64,000 nucleotides of DNA, from contig CAJFCJ010000013.1 in assembly GCA_904063045.1 (NCBI GenBank), positions 602,156 through 666,155 of the forward strand, in the 5' to 3' direction. The stretch is from Dimorphilus gyrociliatus (lineage: Eukaryota > Animalia > Annelida). Made by a program: the position numbers and the translations under genes. This document shows, piece by piece, positions 24,043 to 34,100 of this stretch (the first letter of the stretch is position 1; each line of letters begins with the position of its first letter). The notes beneath the pieces were generated by a model. It had not been told where the DNA came from, did not search any database, and worked only from the letters and a program-made list of their open reading frames with translations.

Positions 24043-27000
24043 ATGACCATGGAGGAAGATTGCCTTGAAAATGATGTTTTAGTCAGTTTTTCTCGTTATT
24101 TAACAATTATTTAATTATAAATATTAGATATAAACGACATTTTAGTTAAGATTCGCTGTACAACATTGATAAATGCAATGATATATGAAAGATTTGTTAG
24201 TTTATAGGATAATTATATATTCCAATTGGTGATAAACTTTATAGTTTGATTGTAAATTTTAAAAAATTTACAGTATAAGGAGTACGAATGGATTTTGAAG
24301 GAAGAAGTAAAGAATGTTCTCTCCGAAGTGGAAGGTCTACTAAATGTGAGTTTTATTAGTTTTAGCCTAAATCAATAGCTTGCTTTAAAAATTTACTTAC
24401 TTTTTCCTTATTTGTTTTTTTTTATATGCTTATTTGCTATAACCAGGAATGCTGCCGAAGATTTCCTATACATTTATCAGATGTTGCAGGTGAATATCAA
24501 TATTTATATTTACAATATATAGAATATAATCAATACGATTTATCGTAATAGAATATTTTCAAGTAATAATTTAAAAATAAAAGAAAACACAATAAATCAG
24601 TATAGAAAATATATTATGAGTATAAAAGAACACTAAAGATAGGCTTAAACCTAGATTTAATAACGTTGAGATACATATGCTAGTTTATTCTTTTGTTAGG
24701 ATGTTATCTATTCGTGATAACCGTGAAACATCATAGGCACTAAGGTAGGCGTTGGGCTAGTGTTGACTAGAGTTAATGTTGTAGCATTAAAGACTGCTAA
24801 ATAGGAACGTAACCTGATACCATCACTTATAACTGAAAAGAGGAGTCCATCGTCCTCCGCTCTCCTATTCGGATGATGGACAAACCAGGGTTCGGATGGT
24901 ATATGGCCATTTAATTCCCATATTCTATCTCTTCCTTTTCCGCATATATCGACCTTTATTAATGTTACATTGCTAAATTGAATATTATCCGATTTAAAAG
25001 AGATGCCATAAATGAAGCAATAGCTTTTAAATCTGTATAACTCGTTGATTACTGGCATTTCAAGCCCCTGATAAGGTCGTCGATTCGAGAGTAGCTTGTG
25101 TTTTACTATACCACTTTTCAGATCAATAGTATAGCGTTTGAGTGACGGCAAATCGGTAATTTTGTTTCGTACAGTAGAATTGCGGAGTGTATCGAGTTGA
25201 TAATCATGGATTAGGGTAAAACTTTTGTAGGTTGTCGTATCAAATATTATGGCATCGTTGTATTCAAAGGCGTTTACGTGGTGTAGCATAAATTTACCTT
25301 CCGTTCTATATTTTCTGTACTGTAGTGTTCGCAAATCGACAACGTAAACGTCACTTTCTCCATTCTCCCGCCATATAATACTTTTACTAGGATTTAGCGT
25401 TTCAAACAATTTACTTATGCTAATACTAACTGGATTAGCAACGATTATTGCATAGTTAGACGTCAATGAGAAACTGTGAATGTACGGTGCTTCATCAACC
25501 GGAATACTTAGCAAGTTTACGACCTCCCTGGCCGATTTAATTTGTACTAAATGAACGTAATTCAATCCGAAAGGGTTTATTTCCGTGACGATATTGACGC
25601 CTTGTATAGGATGCGAGCTGGATAGGAGTGGAATGCGTCTACTTATTATCGATCTATGTAGAAAATCTGGTGACGTTCTGAAAAGCGTTTCGCCTCGATC
25701 AATATCGATCACATATTTCGACCAAAAGTCACTTATTGCTAAATAATCATCTCCAAATTTCACAATATTAACATTTACATTGTCTGGACCATTGAATAAA
25801 CTTCTTAGTCGATCAATAAGCGATTGACGAGGTACTGTATCGTCGAATAACGTATATAGCGGCGATACTGTATTCCTCTTCTCCGAATCAACAAACGTCC
25901 TCGTCCTTACGAACTTTGCACTGAATGTTGTCCTGTTCGGTTTTAAATTCCATATATGCATTTTACCGAAACCGTCAAATACATGATGAAATTTCCTATC
26001 TCCCATTCCAAAACATCCAGCGCCAATTCTAATCAGTTTTTTATTTAATAACCATGTTGGTAAGGGCTTTTGGAAATGAACGGTAATTTCATCGAATTCT
26101 TTAACATTACTTGTAAAAAGTAGGTCAAAAGCTTTATCATATTCTTTAGCCCAAGCTGTAAGGAGTAATAAATAAATAATTTTCACTAACATCTTCATTC
26201 CTCAATTCCTAACCTTCGAATAAGCCGTTGATCTTTATATTTCACTTTTTATTTAAAAGTAAAGATTTGAAAGATTGCATCATTCGATCGCACGACTTTT
26301 GTCACGTGGTGCACTCATCGATGAACTTGGGCCTAGTTTTTTTTTATTGGATAAATATACAGTATATCTATATAAGTATATTAAATCTAGATATTAAGTG
26401 TTTGTTTTTTTTTTTTTTTTGGCTTTTCATTCGATCCCTTATCAATATATTTATTTAAGAGAAATCATAATTGCAGCTGAAGACAATCTAGTCAAACCTG
26501 AGAAGTATTTGATGTCAACTAACAAGTAAGACAATACGATTGATTTTATTAATTATTTATAAATAAAAACATATATATATATATATATATATATATAGTA
26601 TATTTATACTTTAATTTAAAAAATAGCGGATCTGCACAAATTAAATGCGTTGTAACCCTAATGGGCGATCGACTACTAGAAGCTGATCTGGCTTTGAGAA
26701 TGAATAAACATCAGGCCGTACCACATAAATTTTGTATATATCCAGACGCCCCTTGGTTTCTGCAACAAATCCAAGACGCTGCTAATCATCTCTTGAACGC
26801 TAGGTAAAGATTTGTGCTAGAGAGTTTTTGCTTAGATTTTTAATGATTTTATGATTATATTACTTCTTCTTTATGTTTATTTTTTTCACATTATAAAAGG
26901 GCCACAGCGCAACGATTCGAACCGGATCACGCATTCAGGGATGCCAAACAGGTTTTGCATGTAAGTAGCCAACCTTGTTTTTTCTTTCTCGCCACTTTTT

Positions 27001-27609
27001 GATCGTATATCTATTTTCTTTAATGTATTTTTCTATTAAATATTTCATACTAATAGAACTGCATATATTAACTAGATTTTATTGTTTTCAAATGCAAATA
27101 CAGCTTTTGGACGAGATTATGACGTCAATAAAGAGAGGTAGGACTAGCCTAGCTTTACCTAGGAAGAGAACCCTCGAGGAATTGGTTAATAATCCCACAT
27201 TGGAAGTTTTCAAGCCGGCTTTGCCCCAAGATGTGGCACTAGTCTTTTATATACAAGCTCAGAAGTTGGTGCTAGCCCTTTATCAACTCTACATAAACGA
27301 AGCTCAAAAGATCGATATAAGCGCTAGACATCAAATAGATTGTACTGTACCGTGGTTGAATGATACTCTTGTTTTATTCACATTAGCCCTCCAACAATGT
27401 CAAGCACTCAAGGATAAGGTAATAGTTTATTTAATTTGATAAAAAACCCATCATATTTATCATTGGTTACGCCATTTATCATTGTAATTTTTTCTCTTCT
27501 CCTCTCTGCCCCCTCCCTCCCTTACAACACCAACGCATAGATTACTGTATTGGAACAATACAAACAACTCGACAAATATTCAACGACTAAGAAGTCTACC
27601 GTCGCTTAG
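24043..27609 (+). CDS. ROGDI: Protein rogdi homolog
   Basis: Exons 24043-24081, 24274-24345, 24447-24489, 26477-26525, 26627-26803, 26900-26960, 27104-27418, 27541-27609, phase-consistent. Motifs YKEYEWILKEEVKNVL, KCVVTLMGDRLLEADL, WFLQQIQDAANHL and C-terminal [27 protein letters not shown] match rogdi. Confidence 0.92.
24708..26198 (-). CDS. Carotenoid cleavage oxygenase (BCO/RPE65 superfamily), intronless, with N-terminal signal peptide; nested in rogdi intron 3
   Basis: 496-aa ORF. Motifs HVFDGFG and NVNIV; four iron-ligand His (SSHP, YIHSF, LHHVNAFE, MFHGY); Glu motifs LEMPVIN and PSEPWFV; EDDGLL. N-terminus MKMLVKIIYLLLLTAWA. Confidence 0.93.
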   Translation of the reverse strand: MKMLVKIIYLLLLTAWAKEYDKAFDLLFTSNVKEFDEITVHFQKPLPTWLLNKKLIRIGAGCFGMGDRKFHHVFDGFGKMHIWNLKPNRTTFSAKFVRTRTFVDSEKRNTVSPLYTLFDDTVPRQSLIDRLRSLFNGPDNVNVNIVKFGDDYLAISDFWSKYVIDIDRGETLFRTSPDFLHRSIISRRIPLLSSSHPIQGVNIVTEINPFGLNYVHLVQIKSAREVVNLLSIPVDEAPYIHSFSLTSNYAIIVANPVSISISKLFETLNPSKSIIWRENGESDVYVVDLRTLQYRKYRTEGKFMLHHVNAFEYNDAIIFDTTTYKSFTLIHDYQLDTLRNSTVRNKITDLPSLKRYTIDLKSGIVKHKLLSNRRPYQGLEMPVINELYRFKSYCFIYGISFKSDNIQFSNVTLIKVDICGKGRDRIWELNGHIPSEPWFVHHPNRRAEDDGLLFSVISDGIRLRSYLAVFNATTLTLVNTSPTPTLVPMMFHGYHE

Positions 27610-28487
27610 CGACTTGGAACAGGGGGCGGCAAAAAGAAAAAAAAGTAATGCACCAGAATAGAAGAATAGAAAGAGAATTTTCAACATGAACAGCCAAGTC
27701 AACGTTAAATAGAGTCACTCAAAACAAAACAAAAAAAAAGGATAAAAAAATTATGGAAAATGTGTGTTTTAGTGCCAAAGTTAAGAATAAAATGGAAATT
27801 TGTTTCTTTAAAAAAAAAAAAAAATAAAGCAATGGCATCATCAAAATTAATTATTTATGAAATAATTCAGCAATAATCAGTAGCTATCTCTTTTTATTAT
27901 AAAAAGTTAATGAATACACAATTTTTTCACGTGTTAAAGAATTTTTATTTGTTTTGTTATGTTTTACATTCATAAATATCTATATATATAAATATATATG
28001 TTTTTTTTTTCTTTTACAAAATATAATCATTTAAACTATTATTATTAAATCTAAACGAATTATAGGCAGAAAAAAAAAGAAAGTAAACTGGCCAATAATG
28101 TGCAGAGAGATTAACTTGAAAAAAGACATAAACAACACTCTCTTTCTTTCACTGTCAAAGCTGATCGAAGAGAGAGGTAGCAAATGATAATAAAAAGTAC
28201 AACTCTCAGACAAGAAAAAACAGACAAAAAAAAACAAATTTTTTTTTTATTTAGTTTGTTCTCCTCTTCATTTTTTTTCTTTCCTTTAACAAACTTCTTC
28301 CCCGAAAACTTATTTTTAATTTTTTTGGACAAGTTTGCCTTTTTTTTTCATAATAAAACGAAAACAAACCCCGTATTTCATAAATTATTTTTTTCCCATG
28401 TGCATATAATCTCCTTATACTAAGCATAATAAAGAATATAACAACATACGCAAAAGAATATAAGTTTTTCTTATATTATACATATAT

Positions 28488-28532
<45 letters not shown>

Positions 28533-28873
28533 TATTAGAAAACAATATATAGAATTTTATTCTGGTATCGAAAGCAAGACAAAAAAGAAAAGAGAGGCGA
28601 CAGCAGCAACGAAAAAAAATAGTGTGATCAATTTTTAAAAATGAAAAAAAGAAAAAAAAAAGAGAAAAAACAAGAACAAACAAACAACAACCCAGTTAAA
28701 AAATCTAGATATGTTGTTTCTTCTATTCTTCTCTTTTTCTCTCTTTTTTTTCTTTTTATTTTTTTAAATATTTTATCACCTTTTTTTTTTCATACTCACT
28801 TTTTTTCCCTTTCTATTCCCTCTTTCACTCGCTCTCTCTCTCTCTCTCTCTCTCTCGCTCGCTCACTCTCCAT

Positions 28874-30013
28874 TTAACACGTGTAGACATAGACACGCTT
28901 TCCTTTCGTTGCAAATAGAATTTTTGACTTTTTCACATAAAATATTCGATCCATTTCTAAGCCAATATCCATACTTGTTAGAAAATCGCCATTTTCATCG
29001 TACATATGTAAGTAATGACTTTCAGCCATTAGAATATTATTGTTCATAAAACAAATACAATTCGGCGACATGGAACGTAAGTGAAAGCCAGCTTGTATCC
29101 TCTTTTCAATCTTTGTTGTTCTTTCGGTTGACATTATAAACGATTCTGTACTACAGGCAAAAACTGTTTCGTCTCTTATCAATAGACTGACGTAAGTATT
29201 GTCAAATTTTGGAAAATCGACAAACGTCTGATCGGGATCATCTTCTAACGAGATTCTAATACAACTTTTTTCATCTTCCAACAATGCTTCAGGGATAACG
29301 TATAGCATATCGTTATTCAGTGCAACTTGTTCAATGCATCGGTCTCTTCGGCAGGTAAGCATTTTCGTCAAACTAAACGTCGACGTCAACTTCCAATTAT
29401 TGTCAATATGCTTCAGAACCTTTACATATCCACGTTCACAGCCAACGGCCAAAGTCGAGCCATTTAATGCAATGCAAGTTGCTTCTCTCAATGTATATAG
29501 TGTTCCGATATTTCTACCCTCAAAGTCGTATTCTACAATCGCCGATTGACCATCCATCAAGCGCTCTAAAGTTACAATTCTGTTATCAGCGGCGAAAATT
29601 TGTATAATGTTATAACAAGTTTCGAAATAGCCATTATTACAGAAACACAGTGATTCGTACAAAGCTTTTCGAGACGTTTGAGTTGAGGAGGTTGATGCAG
29701 AAGTAGACACTGAGGTACAGGTAGAAGATTGTCTTCGTTGGGGGGCTTTCTTCTCAAAATGTGAAACTCGTTTCGTATTATCGAAATAGTAATTCTTCTG
29801 AAAACCACCTGCACCTTCCGCTGGCCAAAAAGTTGCTCGTCTGCAAACGGGACAGCAAAATATTTGACCGCGCAGTAAATTTTTTCCACATTCTTCCAAG
29901 CACTTAAAACAAAAAGTATGAAAGCAATTCAGAATTCTGGGGTCCCTCTCCAAAAAAGGTTCCAAACAAACGGCACAATTGCAATTTTCCAAAGGGAGTA
30001 CGACACACTGCAT
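28874..30013 (-). CDS. Intronless RING-finger protein (TRIM-type RING with a degenerate beta-propeller-like C-terminus)
   Basis: CAVCLEPFLERDPRILNCFHTFCFKCL...CPVCR followed by the TRIM-like GGFQKNYYF. No B-box or coiled coil seen. The C-terminal half is made of short beta-strand-like repeats. Confidence 0.8.
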   Translation of the reverse strand: MQCVVLPLENCNCAVCLEPFLERDPRILNCFHTFCFKCLEECGKNLLRGQIFCCPVCRRATFWPAEGAGGFQKNYYFDNTKRVSHFEKKAPQRRQSSTCTSVSTSASTSSTQTSRKALYESLCFCNNGYFETCYNIIQIFAADNRIVTLERLMDGQSAIVEYDFEGRNIGTLYTLREATCIALNGSTLAVGCERGYVKVLKHIDNNWKLTSTFSLTKMLTCRRDRCIEQVALNNDMLYVIPEALLEDEKSCIRISLEDDPDQTFVDFPKFDNTYVSLLIRDETVFACSTESFIMSTERTTKIEKRIQAGFHLRSMSPNCICFMNNNILMAESHYLHMYDENGDFLTSMDIGLEMDRIFYVKKSKILFATKGKRVYVYTC

Positions 30014-30224
30014 TTCTTCGCCGATTTCTTTTGAAAATAAGAAAAATACTTAAATTCTAAAACAAAACAGATTTGTTTTGTAACTAAAAGTATAATAACT
30101 CTCTAGCGCAAGAGGATAGGTAAGTCTATGGTCTGTGGGTGAAAAATCGACGCCTTTTATACGGAACGAGAGTACAAAACAAAACTCATCTCAACTTGTT
30201 TAAAACTCAATTTTATTTTTTTAC

Positions 30225-31628
30225 TCAAAAAGCGTTCATATGCATGTCTGCCGATTGAAAAAAACTGTCTATTGAGACAGTGCTTATGTAAATTGAGTCA
30301 TTCGATGCAGCCAAATCTGCCACCAATTTTTGACAATGATTCAAAATCTCTTCGCCTTGATATTCCAGACCAATGATTATTCCTTTACTTATAAGCTCTT
30401 CGTATCTATTATCATCACCAAATACTGCTCTGCATTCCGCCGGTTTCAGACCAATTTCTTTACTCCTTAACAATCGGCAACTAGGCTAAGGGAACAAAAA
30501 GAACGGTTAGAATTCTATAAGGAGGAATAAGACAACATTATTGACAAGCAATTATATTATTAAGGGAGGAAGTTGAAGATAGATGGTCTATGCAAAGAGA
30601 TTCGAATTACTTACGTGTTCGTCATTCATTTTTTTTGTGAAATTAGCGCATATTTCTTTCTGAGTTGGCTGGTGAAAAAAGATGACCAGACAACTATCTT
30701 CTTCGCCTTTACATTTTATACCATAGCTTAATGGAATGACACTTTGATTCTTTTCGAAGGATATCTTTCCGTGGACTGTTGAAAACTCTTCTGTATCAGG
30801 CGGAAGTGGAATGTATGAGCTGAGATCGTTCGTGTCTTTCGTTGATAGTAGGGTGTAATTGTCTTCTCCAGGAACTGGAGTAAAGTCGTGTATTGAACTC
30901 CACTTGTTATTGTAGATACTGAGTCCAGCCTCATCCATTTGTGATTGGAATTCTGGATAGTAGACTTGCATACAGCCGAATCTTACGTTAATGGTTGACT
31001 CGATTATTGGTTGTGATGTACAGCACAAAAAGCAATCCATTTTGCTGCAATCCCTTGTTCGGAATTGTTGACAAGCAGCCATTAATTTCATATTCTTACA
31101 ATCTCGTACAAAAATGCTATAGGTATTTATTTTAAAAAGGAACACTCTTATAAAGATATTTGCACGGCGAGTGCTTAAATTTCTAATTACCTTGTCTTAA
31201 TCGGACCGATAAAAATTTTACAATCTTCGCAATCATCAACAGTAACCGTATTCATGTGATCAAGAAGATAAACAGTGCAATTCTGTAAGTTAGTTTGCAT
31301 GATTAGTGTATGCATGAAAAAGAATTGTTGTTAACTTCAACAAACTTTCAGGTTCTTTATAATGAATTGAGAGCCCTTGAGGGAATTTGGTAATTTAACA
31401 AGTGTTTCATTTTCGCGATCTTTAAAACTAATATCATCAACGTTTACTTTTGGCCTCTTATCCCTAGGATAAAAATTGAAAAATTACATTGAAACAGATG
31501 GAATCAAGACGAATATAAAAATTTGCACGAAACAGGGACAAATGGATAATTTACCAAGAAAATTGCTTTTTTGGCTCGGGTGACAATTCTTCCGGTTTGC
31601 CAGATCCACTGCTAAATAAACAACCCAT
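30225..31628 (-). CDS. RP2: XRP2 / retinitis pigmentosa 2 homolog (ARL3 GAP, TBCC domain)
   Basis: MGCLFS dual-acylation N-terminus; KQFSWDKRPKV; TBCC domain NCTVYLLDHMNTVTVDDCEDCKIFIGPIKTSIFVRDCKNMKLMAACQQFRTRDC...QPIIES...WSSIHDFTP; NDK-like C-terminal exon. Five exons with GT-AG sites. Confidence 0.95.
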
Positions 31629-32406
31629 CATTTAGCAAAGATATTTACGTAATTATGGTTGCCGATTTGTATATGATAAGTTTTTTCAATCTCCAAGAAT
31701 TTCCGAACAAAAATGCAGCCGAAGATGGCGCTGTTTTTCATGTGAAAAGGGCTTCCTGTTCTTTTCGGGAAATTGCAAATGTGTTCTTACAAGTAAATAT
31801 ATTATATCAATACAAATTTTCTATGGAATAATATTTCTATCAAAACAATATGTCACAAACACAAAACAATTATTGATAAAGCTCACTGAAATACTGCAAC
31901 GCTTTTATTATTAATAAATAATAATTACCTAGTAGAAAGCAGCAGTGAAAAAAGCGTTACAAGAAATAGCCTTTGAGCGTTACATTGCATTCGCACAGAT
32001 TCTAAGTGCGTATTCCACGACACATACGTTCTTACCAGAAAAGATATCCAATCAATTCGAGAAGCACTTCAAAAAAATATCCTGCAACCGTCTCTGAACC
32101 ACTGCAATCAAAGACATCTGTCAGAACATGAGAGAAATGATTAGTATATTAGGTTGAATATATATTCTGATCATTACGAAATTTTTGTTTGAGATAAGTT
32201 CTCTTCATTTTCCAGATTGCGCCTTTTGACAAACTATAAACATTGCAATAAAAGAGCTAATAAACCGAAAAAAATTATTGTGTCACGACTTCTAGCTCAT
32301 TTATAATTATCTTTATACAAAAAAGAAGAGGAAAATGTATATTTAAATAAAAACTAGACGCTTATATCTAAAAATAAAAATATTACGGAAGGCACGTAAA
32401 GTAGAC

Positions 32407-34100
32407 TGAGGGCAATGACCAAATAAAAAAAATCATCCTATTTTACTTTCATTCTTTCTATAGTTAACATTGTCTCCAAACGTTGACCCTTTGTATAATT
32501 TTAACTATAAAAACCAAACAATTAAGGTTTGGTTTTAAATACCAAAAAGTATCACAGTTGCTCCCGTCAACTGCTGCTCTGTCGAAGCCTTTCTCAATCG
32601 ATCTATCTCTCTTCCTATCTTCTTTTTAAGGAGTTTTCATACAATATTCAAATATTCATTAGACGGATTAGAATATATTGTATAATCGAAAAATCAAGAA
32701 CACAACAAGGAAACTAATCGACTTATCAGCATCATGCAACACGATTGGAGTATGAAAATGGAATTAGGAGATAGATACTACGACTGGAATACATTTGATA
32801 ATCTAAGAAAAGAACTTGAATCAACGGAAAGGATGTCATTCTTTCTCTTTTGTAAAATTACTAGACATATGAAACAATCCGACAAACTTATCGATAAAGC
32901 TCTCTTCGATATCGATAGATGCCAAAAAGGACACGAACAAGATAGGATCTTTCACTTTGTAAGGAAAGTAGTCGACGCCTTTAACTATTTGGGACATGAA
33001 CTTCATACAAGACTTTCTTTAACGATAGGGGTAAGAACAACGTTTGTTTCCTCTCAAAATCCCGCCATAGACCATCAATTGAGTAGAGAAACTGCCGAAA
33101 AACAATATTTCTCGCCTTCAACTCTTGCTTTTAACTATATCAGTTCTCTTTCTCTCTCTATCATTGCTTTTTTTTCAAGTCAAAATATGTCTCTATGAAA
33201 GTGATGTATATCTCTTTATTTAAAAATTAAACAGGATAATATTCTCCATCTTCTCGTCTATAAGCGCAGACTTTTCTCACTAAATTTTTGATCGGCTTTC
33301 GTGATTCTTCCCTGGAATTTTCCTATCCTTCTTTCTATTCGTAACAATTAAGAGTAGAGCTTAGAGTTAAATCGAATGTTTAAAAATCCTATAGTGGATT
33401 AATAAACATTGTAATAAAAATGTATATTAAATACCGGACACAATAAGAATAAGAAAAAAGATTAGAATTTTAATAATATCTAATGTTAATTGATAAAAAA
33501 GGTAAAATACTAATAATCGACGATTACGTTTGTTTTTCTTTTTTCCTGAATAGAAATTATACTACAATATGTACAATGACGAATTTTACGAAGGACGTTC
33601 AACATCATCGTTTGGTTTATGAGAGATAAATTCACTGAAAATCTACAAGAAGAGTGTATAGAAGGACGAAGACGTCTCTTTTTTTTTCAACTAACTCTTC
33701 TATTTACGAGTTCATTCGCCTTTTCGTTTACTCATTCTATAATGTCTAGACATCTAAAATAGCGGGGGAAAAAATAAAAGCGTTGAATCTTTAAAAAGCA
33801 GACGCCGTAACATTAATAGTATTTGCTATTGTAGCATTAGTGCTGTTTTTAGTAGGTTAGTAGAAAACTTAATGAGACGATATACTGAATGTAGTCGAAG
33901 AGAGAAAGCGATTTTTCTATAAAATTATTAAATATAAAGACCAACCGTCAGTTTTCTGTATTTAATCCAACAAAACAACTAATACTAAATAAAGCTTTTA
34001 ATAAGAACAAAGAGACGATACGATGTTGTGTACTGCAAAATAATAGAGTATTTTATGAAAAGAAGGACGAAACTGGTAAGGTAATCGTTTCCAGTCACAA
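32407..34100 (+). repeat. Right arm of inverted duplication (partner 20872-23348)
   Basis: Reverse-complement matches as listed for the left arm. The 619-bp core is 32567-33185. Confidence 0.95.
32734..33198 (+). CDS. Uncharacterised ORF, copy 2
   Basis: 154-aa ORF MQHDWSMKMELGDRYYDW..., identical to 22558..23016 up to the arm junction. Confidence 0.4.
   Translation: MQHDWSMKMELGDRYYDWNTFDNLRKELESTERMSFFLFCKITRHMKQSDKLIDKALFDIDRCQKGHEQDRIFHFVRKVVDAFNYLGHELHTRLSLTIGVRTTFVSSQNPAIDHQLSRETAEKQYFSPSTLAFNYISSLSLSIIAFFSSQNMSL

Noticed and set aside
26296-26320. Third HDV-like ribozyme (shares ACGTGGTGCA with copy A)
   Set aside because: Lacks P1, P2, P3 5' strand and J4/2; more likely an E-box in the BCO upstream region.
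27900-28870. Several 60-80 aa ORFs rich in F/K/L/I
   Set aside because: Low-complexity A/T tracts and microsatellites in the convergent 3'UTR region of rogdi and the RING gene.
31744-31790. U11 snRNA-like start (AAAAGGGCTTC)
   Set aside because: Similarity ends after about 11 nt; no Sm site or stem-loops; lies in the RP2 upstream region.
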